The translations under genes and the position numbers were made by a program. A stretch of DNA of 64,000 bases, taken from the NCBI GenBank assembly GCA_951406725.2, contig OX597815.1, forward strand, positions 15,438,001 to 15,502,000, given 5' to 3'. Shown here in pieces: positions 11,733 through 23,391 of this stretch (position 1 is the first letter of the stretch; every line of letters starts with the position of its first letter). The DNA comes from Octopus vulgaris (lineage: Eukaryota). Below the pieces are notes generated by a model. That model saw only the letters and a list, made by a program, of their open reading frames with translations, searched no databases and was not told the DNA's origin.

Positions 11733-12033
11733 AACAACAAACAAAATGAGGACAAATATCCATCAAAGGTAAACAATGTAAATAATGTATTCTATAACTT
11801 GTCACCATATATTGTAATATTGTCCCTTCTCCTGCAATCAAAATTCACAGTGGGTTCAATCCATTTGGGTTCAAAAAGGTAATATGAATGATGTACAGCC
11901 TATATTTGGAGGCTGAAAAATTAAAGTCTGTAAACTATCATGTTTAGAAAGAAATATAAATGTTATATCAGAAAATATAGAATGTGATTATATAAACATG
12001 AAATTCTCAAAAATTGTTTAAATTTTATTTCAG

Positions 12034-12167
12034 GGTTATTATTACTTTGCTATTTTAGAAGATTTTATTCTTCGTTTTATATGGACTCTGAAAGTGTCTG
12101 TTATTGAAAATGGAATGGTCCAGAAAGAAGTTGCTAGTACTATACTAATGATTTTAGAAGTCTTCCG
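12034..12167 (+). CDS. XPR1: XPR1 exon (EXS domain)
   Basis: GYYYFAILEDFILRFIWTLKVSV..LEVF; tttcag..gtgagt; not in the ORF track. Confidence 0.94.
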
Positions 12168-12707
12168 GTGAGTTTTTTTTTTTTTTTTTTTTCATTTACT
12201 CCCTACTTTTATTCAGTGCATTTTAAGCCTGGCAAATACTACTGCCATATGACCATCACTAACCAACATCACTACCACTAAAACTGCAATTATGGAGTAC
12301 AATAATACAACATGTGAGAACTGAGATCAATAAATTGACTACCCCTCCCCACAAAATTTCAGGCCTTGTGCCTATAATAAGAATTGTTGTTATTATTGGA
12401 TTGACAGGATTGTCAGAGCACTATATAAATGCCTTGTGGTATTTGTTTCCACTCTTTATGTTCAAATCCTGCTGAGATCAACTTTGCATTTCATCCTATC
12501 AGGGTTTGACAAGATAAAATACCAGTCAAGTACTAGGGGTGGTATAATCGACATTCCACTGCTGCTCAAAATTTCTGGCTTTGTGCCACATCATCATCAT
12601 CATCATCATTAAATGTCCCCTCTCCATGCTGGCATGGGTCGGACAGTGTCATTCACATGGCATTGGTATCAACCACGTTGATTCACAGGTGCCTTTTACA
12701 TGGTACC

Positions 12708-13122
12708 TGTTTCTTTATTACCCACAAGGGGCTAAACATAGAGCAGACAAACAAGGACAGACAAATGGATTAAGTCGATTACATCGACCCCAGTGCGTAA
12801 CTGGTACTTAATTTATTGATCCCAAAAGGATGAAAGGCAAAGTCGACCTCGGCGGAATTTGAACTCAGAACGCAGCGGTGGACGAAAGACCTATTTCTTT
12901 ATTACCCACAAGGGGCTAAACATAGAGGGGACAAACAAGGACAGACAAACGGATTAAGTCGATTACATCCACCCTAGTGCGTAACTGGTACTTAATTTAT
13001 TGACCCCGAAAGGATGAAAGGCAAAGTCGACCTCTGCGGAATTTGAACCCAGAACGTAACGGCAGACGAAATACGGCTAAGCATTTCACCCAGCGTGCTA
13101 ACAGTTCTGCCAGCTCGCCGCC
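12708..13122 (-). mobile_element. SINE family A, dimeric
   Basis: Two tandem bodies; flanking direct repeat TTACATGGTACC. Partial copies also at about 10541-10686, 16941-17110, 28865-29021 and 34619-34825. Confidence 0.85.
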
Positions 13123-13764
13123 TTTTACATGGTACCATCAACAACCATGACTACGATGCACAGGTACCATTTACGTGGCACAGGCAACAGCCATGATGCA
13201 TGGATGCAATTTACATGACACTGGTATGGCTACAACTACGATTTCACTTGGTCTGATGAGTCTTCTCCTGCACAGTATATCACCAGAGTTCTCAGTCACT
13301 TGTCATCCCCTTCTTGAGGCCCAATGTTCAAAGATCATGCTTCACCGCCTCATCCCAATGTCTTCCTGGGACAACTGATGCTGGTGTATTTGCATCCCCA
13401 TAACTTAGCTGTTTGGCAGAAGAGACTGATAGAATAAGCACCAGGCTTACAGAGAATAACTCCAGGGTTCGATTTCTTCAACTAAAGGGTGGTGCTCCAG
13501 CATGGCCACCGTGAAATGACTGAAATAAGAAAGAGAATAAAAGAATACCAGGAGAACATTCAGTACCACTAAACCAAGAAAGTTCTTTGAATATGTATGA
13601 TGCATTCTAAGGCTAAATAGTAATTCTGTTACGTTTGCATAACAGATGTTTTGGTTGGATTCTATAGTTATCAGTTTTACACTTCTTTCTATATTCTGTA
13701 ACTGTCACAATATAGAAACATTTCACAAGGCACCAGCACACGATTTATGGATGGTTACATTTTG

Positions 13765-14029
13765 TATTCTGTTGTGTCTGGGGAGAGTCATTTTCTTTTT
13801 GTGCCTTATAATGTAACACACTCACTGGTAAAATTTCCACTTATTTCCTATTTTAATTTTCCTAAAATTTTTGTTGCGTCTTGCAAGAGTCAAGACTATT
13901 GAAAAGGTTGCAAGACGCAATGAAAATTTTAGGAAAATAAAAATAAGAAATAAGTGGAAATTTTACCGGTGAATGTGTTACATTATAAGGCACAAAAAGA
14001 AAATGACTTTCTCCAGACACAACAGAATA
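13765..14029. repeat. Long inverted repeat (~122-bp arms)
   Basis: 13765-13886 pairs with 13908-14029; a related diverged sequence lies at about 46100-46285. Confidence 0.9.
13896..13932 (+). ncRNA. Hammerhead motif with U3-A8 core variant in a fold-back (short stem I)
   Basis: CTA TTGAAAA G GTTGC-AAGAC-GCAAT GAAA ATTT TAG. Confidence 0.5.
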
Positions 14030-14520
14030 TGCTTCAACACACGAACTCATATAAAGAATCTTGCAAACCAAATCAAAAAACAAAATACATTTCGTATGTT
14101 TCCTGTGAATTTTTCACTGGTCCAGCTAGTTATTATTATTATTATTATTATTATTAGGCCAACGATGGACAATCATCCTGAAACACATGTCCCTAGATGC
14201 AGCCCGGGTGGCTGGGGGTATTTGTCTCCCCTTTGTAAATGTATATAAGGACACAGGAAAAATGTGTCAAAGCCATCAGGAGGCGTCGATGCTTCCTAGG
14301 GCTAAACAGCGGTGGTGTACCCGCCTACTGTCACGTTCGTGTTAGATTGACAGTATACAACCATTCCATTATTATTATTATTATTATTATTGTAAATATT
14401 GCACAGTATATAATATCGTGAGGTTGTTGATTGAAGATATTGTGTCTACCGGGGGTTTGTACTGTTTGTCAAGTCACAACAAGGATCTCAGACAGACAGT
14501 ACTTTACGCAATATGCACAA

Positions 14521-14555
<35 letters not shown>

Positions 14556-14730
14556 CATCATCATCAATATTATTATTATCATTATTATTATTTTTTTCCT
14601 TCTGTCTTCAAATTTTCTTCCATTTCTCGCCGAGTGTTTTCCGTACACCTAGAGCAGAGAAGCTCATTGTATGCATTCCCTGTGCTGCCGTTGTATGTTC
14701 TCATATCTACCCCCCTTTTCCATTTTACAG

Positions 14731-14913
14731 AAGATTCATTTGGAACTACTTCCGTCTGGAGAATGAGCACCTGAATAACTGTGGTCAGTTCCGAGCTGTG
14801 CGGGACATTTCTATTGCCCCAATTGAATCGAATGATCAAGCCTTATTGATGGAAATGATGGATGACCCAGACGGGCTAGGGCCACGAAAGTATCGAGACA
14901 GGTTCATGGAACG
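14731..14913 (+). CDS. XPR1: XPR1 exon (end of EXS domain)
   Basis: RRFIWNYFRLENEHLNNCGQFRAVRDI, an invariant EXS motif; ttacag..gtatgt. Confidence 0.96.
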
Positions 14914-15957
14914 GTATGTTCTCTTGCTTTATTATTTCAAAGTTTATGAATGAGCCAATGAAGAAACAACTCCTTTGTCACTCAAACTGTTAGAAATAAC
15001 AGCCAAATCATCTCCCCCCAAATAACATCTGAAATGCTTAAAATAATGGCAGAACACATTAGTTAATGTAATCTTAGGTACCCTTAAATGATGGGAGACA
15101 TGGCCAAAATACCTGTAATCATTAGGGTGTTGGTTCAGGATTGATTTGAGATTATACTGCAACATTTTGTTGAAGAACTTCTATGTAGATGATTTGAACT
15201 GCTAGGAATACATGTTTGATTTATACTAGCCATAGACATTGTTAGAATGTTCCACTCTTGAACAACATATACTTACTCTACTTGCCCTAAAGCAACTACA
15301 GAAACCAAAGCACAAGATTGTTTAACAGTTATGGAAATTGTATAAATCTTTTTAGAGATTTATGACTCTAACAAAGAAAGCCTTTTTTTTTTTTTCGCAA
15401 TCAGAGGTGAGATGGGTTTACCAATTTAGGCATTTAATTATGAGATGATTGAATAAATATTTTTAATACTTACATTTTTCTTGTTATTAATTTCTCAACC
15501 ATCAACTGAATTTCATGATTCATTCACCCATGTAATGGGAAGTAATACACCACTTACACATAAAACCAGCATAATCCATTCACCCATGAATGTAGGCTGC
15601 TTTTAGTGTTGTGGAGGCCTTGTACAGCTCACCTTTAAACTGATATCAAAAACTACTTGCCCCTAAAGTGAGCAGATCATAAGCTACTCAGTAAGTGAAA
15701 GTCTCTATTTACTTATAAAGGCCATAAACTACTCATTTATGAAGCGGAGGAATCATGCACCTGCAAGTGTGACAGTTGTCACAAAACTCATGTGAAGTGA
15801 GAAGTGGGTTCATAAGCCTCTAATTTCTTCCATCAAATAGAAGCCATTATACACTCACACACGAAGAAAGTTTAGAGGAGTAGATAATAACATTGTAACC
15901 AGCCACACAAATCTGTTTGTTGTGATATTGATGTTGTTTTTGATTTTTATATTTCAG

Positions 15958-16009
15958 AAATCGCAAAGATCCAAAGATTTGGATGAATTATGAAGATGAT
16001 AATGACTAA
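15958..16009 (+). CDS. XPR1: XPR1 terminal coding exon
   Basis: atttcag acceptor, phase compatible with the previous exon; RNRKDPKIWMNYEDDND* with TAA at 16007-16009. Confidence 0.75.
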
Positions 16010-16206
16010 AAGTTCCATCTTTTCTGACATGACCCTTGTGACCACTATATTAAAGATTGCAGGAAATACAACAACACACATTTACATAGTTATACATATA
16101 CATGGTTGATATACGACAGAGACAAGTCTAAAAATTGGATGATATTTTTTTAACATATCTGACTAACTTAACGGGTGAAAGAATAGTTTATATGAAATAT
16201 TTGTTT

Positions 16207-16212
16207 AATAAA
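16207..16212 (+). promoter_or_regulatory. Candidate polyadenylation signal of XPR1
   Basis: AATAAA about 200 nt after the stop codon, followed by U/GU-rich sequence. Confidence 0.5.
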
Positions 16213-16424
16213 TGGAAACTGAAGAGTTTGTAATCTTGTCTTCGTCTTTTACTTTATTTTTATGCTATATACATATAAATATACACACATGCACACACTT
16301 ACACACACACACATGCACACTCATTATCAGATTGAAGAGCATAAGCAGAAATAATGTTGATGTATTTTTCAAAAAAAACCTAAGCTTAACTACTCTATCA
16401 CATACTCTGACTACCTCAATCACT

Positions 16425-16640
16425 TTATCAGCTCATTTCTCTTCCAAAAGTATACCTGCACCTCCAACACTGTCACTGTTGCCAAAAGAATTCATACCTT
16501 TGTTCCTTTGCTGTGTGAAGAGTTTGGCTGAGGCACCCCTCCATCTTACCTCTTGCATGCTGCATATGTTTACACACCTCCGTCCTAGCATTTCAATAAC
16601 TTTACCCAACCTATCTTTCATTGAGCCTACATTGATTGTG
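16425..16640 (-). mobile_element. LINE AP-endonuclease fragment
   Basis: EMLGRRCVNICSMQEVRWRGASAK..VGGAGILL, the RTE endonuclease N-terminus. Confidence 0.75.
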
Positions 16641-17375
16641 GCTGCTCTAAAGTTGTAGACTTGATACGAAGAGCTGGGAGACAGTTTTCAGCATCCAAAA
16701 AGAGCAAGGTTTGTTTGAATATTTGTCTACAGGCTGAGGGCTCCTGCACTTGTCCAATTATACAAGTGTTACAACTCACTGAATAATTATTTCCTTCAGA
16801 TCCTCTCACTGTCAGGAGCAAGCAACAAGAAAAAAGTGGGAGTAAGCTAGACACCAAGCAGTTTCTACTGGATAAAGGAGAGAAAAGGCATAGATACAAA
16901 CATGTTTATTTATATATATATATATAAGCTAAGCTAAGAATACGTTCTGAGTTCAAATTCCACTGAGGTCGACTTTGCCTTTCATCCTTTCAGGGTCAAT
17001 TAAATAAGTACCAGTTATGCACTGGGGTCGATATAAGCGACTTCATCCATTTGTCTGTCCTTGTTTGTCCCCTCTGTGTTTAGCCCCTTGTGGGTAGTAA
17101 AGAAATAGGTACAAAGCCAACTCCTTCAATACTATTCTCCACCTTAGGTGAGAGGTCTTGTCTTGTGAGTTATTTGGTCACCTCACTGTTGCTGGTGCCA
17201 TGTTAAAAAAAAAAGAAACCAGTACACTTGACAATAGGTGGCATTAGGAAGGGCATCCAGTGATAGAAAACACACCAAGGCAGACGATACAGCTTGATAC
17301 AGTCTTCTGACTTGCCAACTCCCATCAAACAATCCAGCACATACCAGCATGGAAAATGGAAATTAAATGATGATG

Positions 17376-17408
<33 letters not shown>

Positions 17409-17574
17409 TCATGGTTTCATGAAAAAGAATTGAACAAGAAATTAAACAATTATTATTATTATTATTATTATTACATCATGGAAATCTTTTATTTTGCTGG
17501 GTATGATGAAAAGTGTCAGCTGTCCTCAGCCAGTAGACTAAGGTGACACTTGTTTACTGATTTATTATTATTAT

Positions 17575-17930
17575 TAGTCAGTAGTTTTATTTTTATTGCG
17601 TGCTTTCACTTCACTACCGAGCGCAGCTCTGTGTGCCTTGGGTATGTGCTGTGGTTTGTTGTGATGCTCTGATGGTTACTGTATTGAAAGTGTTCTGCAT
17701 AGAAAGTGGGCAGTGCCCAGTAGTGCAATTTTCTGTATGTTATATGTGTTTGTAAGTCCTGGTGTTTTTGTTATGTCTGAATATTTTTTATCATACCTAG
17801 TGCGCCTACTATGATAGGAATTGTTTCTGTTTTTAGATTCCACATTCAAGTTACCTCTATTTCCAGGTCTTCGTATTTTGGAAGTTTCTCCATTTCTTTT
17901 AGAGACACGTTGTCATCTGCTGGTATTGAT
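17575..17930 (-). mobile_element. R4/Dong-like retrotransposon 3' end in (AAT)n
   Basis: IPADDNVSLKEMEKLPKYEDLEIEVT*MWNLKTETIPIIVGALGMIK, flanked by (AAT)n. Confidence 0.78.
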
Positions 17931-17942
17931 TATTATTATTGA

Positions 17943-17974
<32 letters not shown>

Positions 17975-18172
17975 GATTATTTTTATTATTATTATTATTA
18001 TTATTATTGATTATTTTTATTTTTATTTTTATTATTATTGATTATTATTATTTTTATTTTTATTTTTATTTTTATTATTATTATTATTGATTATTATTAT
18101 TATTGATTATTATAATTTTTATTATTATTATTATTATTATTATGATCATCATCATCGTCATCGTCATCATCA
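17928..18172. repeat. (ATT)n/(ATC)n microsatellite
   Basis: Directly visible; just downstream of the cadherin stop codon. Confidence 0.92.
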
Positions 18173-18225
18173 TTGTTACATGAATGACTAATATCACGAA
18201 AGCTTAACCAGAGAGTAACGCCATA

Positions 18226-18573
18226 TTATCTAGCTTCATCTAGTTCTGTTACAATAACAGGTTCGTCTTCAGGTGGTGGTGGAGGAATATAATCTGGATT
18301 CTGGAATGGCTCTGGTTCAACATCAGGCTCTATTTCACATTCAATTTGTGGTTCTTCAACTGGATCTGCGATAGACGTTGTAATAACAGGCTCTGGATCT
18401 GAAAATGCATCTGAAGGGGTCGGTTCAGGCTCCTCTATGGTATCAGGAAATTCTGGGGTTGGATCAGGATGTTTGTTAACAACTGAATAAAGTGGCATGT
18501 CATCCGGATCAGAGGATACCATTTCATCAGGAAAATCAAATGTGTTGGGGCTTGGTTCCGGTGTCAGATTATT
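18226..18573 (-). CDS. Cadherin-related protein terminal exon (Pro/Glu-rich)
   Basis: ccttcag NNLTPEPSP..PLYSVVNK..FQNPDYIPPPPPEDEPVIVTELDEAR*; phase 0. Confidence 0.8.
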   Translation of the reverse strand, partial: NNLTPEPSPNTFDFPDEMVSSDPDDMPLYSVVNKHPDPTPEFPDTIEEPEPTPSDAFSDPEPVITTSIADPVEEPQIECEIEPDVEPEPFQNPDYIPPPPPEDEPVIVTELDEAR

Positions 18574-18704
18574 CTGAAGGAATAGAAAGAATAATATTAA
18601 TGTTTTACTTTTACGAAGGAAGCACAAACAGTTAAGTTACATTACATAGCAATGAATACTGCACAGCACCAAATTGATGGAGACCCTGAGAAACAAAGTG
18701 GAAT

Positions 18705-19385
18705 TATTATCAACCATCTTACAAACAATAACCCTGGCACCTTTTCAAACTCCACCTGTCTAACACCGGTGGACATGTCTACTATGGTGCGACCTCACCT
18801 GGAATTTGCATCACCAGTCTGGAACCTGTATCTTGCCCAGGATATTAATTGTCTGGAAGCCATTCAGCGACGTGCAACCAAGAGAATACCCTCCATCAGG
18901 CATTTGCCATATTCTGAACGCCTTACTTCCCTAAGCATGGATACATTGAAACTCCAACGTCTGGCAGCTGACTTGGCAGACACCCATAAAATTATTAACC
19001 ATCTTACAAACAATAACTCTGAGCACCTTTTCAAACTCCACCTGTCTAACACCCATGGACATGTTTACAAAGTCAGAAAACAGCACAGCTCCTTCTATGA
19101 CTTTCGGAAACATTTTTTCACGCTAAGAGTTGCTGAAGCATGGAACAAACTGATGCCGGCATCAGTTGTTAGTTGTTGGAGCACTGCATCCTTCAAAACT
19201 TCCATGCTTCCTGAGATTCGCCAACACTACACCTGATTTTATCCCCTCCATACACACGCAAGCATGTATCTGACTCATACACTGTTCACTTTCCAGACAT
19301 TTGTACATTACTGCTTATGCTTTATACGCACTTTTGACAAGTTGTGGTGCACCTGAGCACTGTATACAATAATTTCATTATTATT
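18705..19385 (+). mobile_element. CR1-clade LINE 3' fragment
   Basis: MVRPHLEFASPVWN..LEAIQRRATKRIPSIRHLPYSERL..FFTLRVAEAWNKL, followed by a 3' UTR and (ATT)n. Confidence 0.88.
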
Positions 19386-20644
19386 TTTTATATGGAAGCA
19401 AACACATCATATGTGTGTGTGTGTGTAATGTTATGTACATTTATATTTAACATACTCATGTGCACTGAAGCATAGGAAGACTTTTGTTGCAATAATTATC
19501 TCAGAGAAGGTATTTTCCTTATAGACTATATAATGCAAAAGCAATATGGAGCTGAGTTCTTCTCATTAATGACAATGAACTGTAGAACATGTTTCTGCAC
19601 AGTTGTACCTCATCAGTTATGGGCACTTATTCAGCTATTCACCGCTCAGTAAATACTGCTGATCTTGTATGAAAATACCAAAAAATACATTTGCTAAACT
19701 TTAAGAGGAAATTAATTTAATCCCACTAAGCAGAGATGATTAAAATGAAGCTGTCTACATTTACACTTAACACATTCATGTACATTCAAATGTGGAAAAA
19801 CTTTGCAGTATTTGTCTTGAAGATATTCTCCTTATAGACTGTGTATGTAAAATAATATATTAAGCCATTAAGCTGGGCTCTAAATTACATCATCAGACTT
19901 TAAGTCATGTATTTCTGCATGGTTATATTTCATCAGTAACAAACATTGATGAAGTCATTTATAGTCCAGTAAGAACTACCGTCATTTATGTAAACCACGA
20001 ATTTCCATTTGCTGGCATGTATTAAGATTTGTCAATCTGGAATTTAAAAAATTTAAGCACATGCGCACATGTGTGCACACACGTGCATATATATATATAT
20101 ATAACTATCTCCATGTACATACACATGCATGCACACACACACAAACATACACAGAGGGAACATCTTTCTGGCATATTGAAAGCATACCATTTCAAAGTTG
20201 CTTTGCTTTCATCATGAATTCTTGCAGTTTATTTAAAATTTTCATTTCCATCATTATATTGAGGATAGATAATCAGCCGTTGAAAAAAATTGCCAAGAAC
20301 TCAAAATTAAGAAAACTAAAACACCATCATGTTTCCAATACAATGTATGATGTGTGTGTGTGTGTACATTCAAATGTGGAAAAACTTTGATTGCAGTATT
20401 TGTTCCTGTTCTTGGGTGATAAAATAATCCATTGCACACTTTAACATTACCACCTGGCCATTGAGCATCTTTAGTAAAGTCCAATCTGCTACAGACATTT
20501 GCACCTGGTCTTTGATCTCGGATTAATTGTCTTACACATGCTTAAGAAGCTCTACTGATGATCGTGGATGGTGCCTTTCTTCTCATGATTAAAACTTAAA
20601 AAAACAACCTTCTTATGATCAAACCTTAAAAGAAAACAACCTCA

Positions 20645-20900
20645 ATGTCACAACACACCAACAATGTAAATATAACCATCATATCACAACTTACCGATAG
20701 TGTCACAAGTTGCCAACAATGTTACAGCTTATCCCTGCTGTCACAACTTACCAACAGCATCACAACTTATCCTCAGTGTCACAACTTACCATCAGCGTAA
20801 CAACTTAACCATCATGTCATAACTTACCCTTCCTGTTACAATTTACCTTTGTGTCACAAATTATCTTCATGTCATAACTTGATACTTGTGTTACAATTTA
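20645..20900. repeat. Degenerate ~19-20-bp tandem repeat (TGTCACAACTTACC..)
   Basis: Recurrent TCACAACTTA units. Confidence 0.75.
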
Positions 20901-22981
20901 TCTTTATAACGGAGCTGTTGATACCGAAAGCTTCAAAGTCATGGAAGCTAAGCAGGTATGTACACATGGAGCGAGTTACCAGAGTGTCAATACAATATCA
21001 AATACTCACTTCAGCTGATAATTATTCTATTGTTGGAAAATAGTAAGGATCTGAGGGAGGCTTATGAAAACATACTAAAAAACAAAGACCATTCTAAACC
21101 AGAACTATTTATGGTGTTGGCATCATATAGCTATTCATCTGTGATGGAGACATTTTGTCTTTTAAAACTATGTATAGAATGACCACCATAACATGGACAA
21201 TTCTAGACTGATATAGATTAATCATTAAATGCATTGGTAGAATGACCAATGGACATGGGAGACTCACATATGCTTGGAACTTAAAATCATAGATCATGCT
21301 TCAATTCCCGCTGGCATTACAAAGAGGCAGGTAATGACAAGAACATTGCCTGTCTCAACATTGATTACATGGAATGAACCTGGGCTTCTATGCAATTGCT
21401 TAGCCTGCTAGAAACAGTAGGCAAATCACTCTCATATCACATCCTTACTATCTTTAAAAAAAGGAAGACCACATTAGACAATGTAGTCCTGATACAATAT
21501 CAAGAACAAAAAAATAGAATGGTAACGGCTGGAATAGCTTTGCTCAGAAGTTTGTTTCACAAGAGCTGTCCTGGGAAATTAAGCTGTTCAGATTGGTGTT
21601 AGTGTCATAGTTTCATCAAGCATCGTATTCATATTAAATTGGTGTTTTATACAAAGCCATGCACTACCATCCCACTTGCACATAATGAATTCATACTCGT
21701 CTCCTGTATTTGCCAACAGAATGTAACAATATTAGTCATAGTTGAAAGTCAGAAAACAACACAGCTCCCATGACTTTCGGAAACATTTTTTCATGCTCAG
21801 AGTTGCTGAAGCATGGAACAAACTGCCTGCGTCAGTTGTTGACTGTCATGACACTGCATCCTTTAAGGCCCTCATGCTTTCCGAAATCCGCCAAAACTAC
21901 ACCTGATTATACATACACTTTAGATGAGTTGTAGTGCACCTGAGCACTGTACACAATGTTTTATTATTATTAATATTCACAAGCATAGAGAGAAAATGTG
22001 AATATTTTTTATCCATTGAATGTTGTAATCAATAAATATTCTTTCATCAATGTAACAATTCCATTAAAACACAGATAGCTTCCAGCTACTGCAATTGTTG
22101 TCTATATAAACAGATCAGCTGTTTGTTTCCCTGGAATTGGTCAAATTGATGTAGAACTCTGGTGAGAACCCAATAAGGTTTGAAAATCAATTAAGGCTGT
22201 TCGTCATTTTTTCAATTTAAGGAGTAATGGCTAAATTAGCCCTAAAAATTAAAATTTCAATATATTAAGTTCACCATCATTGTCATAAAACAATAAGAAC
22301 CTACAATAAACAAGATGGTCAGATTTAGAACCACTCATTAAGTACTTTCTGCTCTTGGCCATCTCTGTACCTTAGACATATTCTTGTAGACCCAATCAGG
22401 GCAACACAATAACAGTGAGAAAATAAGTGTAACCAAAAATAAAATGCTGAAAATATTCATTCTAAAGCAAAAAAAAAAAAAACTTTCTCTATGTTTCTTT
22501 TCTTTTGATACTCCTGGGATGACAAGCAGTAGACTTAAAATCACAGTTCATGCTTCAATTCATGCAGGCATTACAAAGAGGCAGGTAATGACAAGAACAC
22601 TGCCTGTCTCAACATTGATTACATGGAATGAACTTGAGCTTCTATGCAATTGCTTAGCCTGCTAGAAACAGTAGGTAAATCAGTCTCATATCACATCCTT
22701 ACTGGCACAATAAGGAATTAGCAAAAACATGTTGACCAAGGAACTGCATTTCACATCTATCCAAGTTTGGTTTGGTCTTATATTCTTCTATGGGTTTACA
22801 AATCCATTTTTACTAAAAGGAATAATTGTAGTTGATTGATCTTATTGTATTATATTACAGGTACTTATGCCAATGAGTTGCACAAGAAGAAATAAAAGAG
22901 CAAAATTGACTGTCTCAGTTTGAACCAGAAATAAATGTTATCAAACAATCTGGTTTTCTACAAGCAGAATTGAATTTAATG

Positions 22982-23110
22982 CTCCTCCTCTTCCTTCTCC
23001 TCCTCCTCTTCCTTCTCCTCCTCCTCTTCCTTCTCCTCCTCCTCTTCCTTCTCCTCCTCCTCTTCCTTCTCCTCCTCCTCTTCCTTCTCCTCCTCCTCCT
23101 CCTTCTTCCT
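22982..23110. repeat. 18-bp pyrimidine tandem repeat (CTCCTCCTCCTCTTCCTT)n
   Basis: Directly visible. Confidence 0.92.
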
Positions 23111-23148
23111 AAACAATAAAGAATTTTGTTGTTGGAAATGAGACTTAC

Positions 23149-23391
23149 ACTACTCCCATGGGGATATTCTTGAACGTAAGGGGCAAATCTTTTGCCACTA
23201 CCATCATGGGAATATGGTGAAATTAGTTCTGCCGGCTGTTCACTCACATCACCAAGACTCCTAGAGTAAGGCGTTTGGAGTCTTTCTTGATGAACACTCC
23301 CACTGTTACTTGCAGGATATTGTGGGAGCATTCCTCCATCGTATGCAGAACCTCTTCCATAAGATGCAGTATCATATGCATTTTCATTTTG
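23149..23391 (-). CDS. Cadherin-related protein cytoplasmic exon
   Basis: tttattcag QNENAYDTASYGRGSAYDGGMLPQYPASNSG..YPHGSS gtaagt; 243 nt, phase 0-0. Confidence 0.8.
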
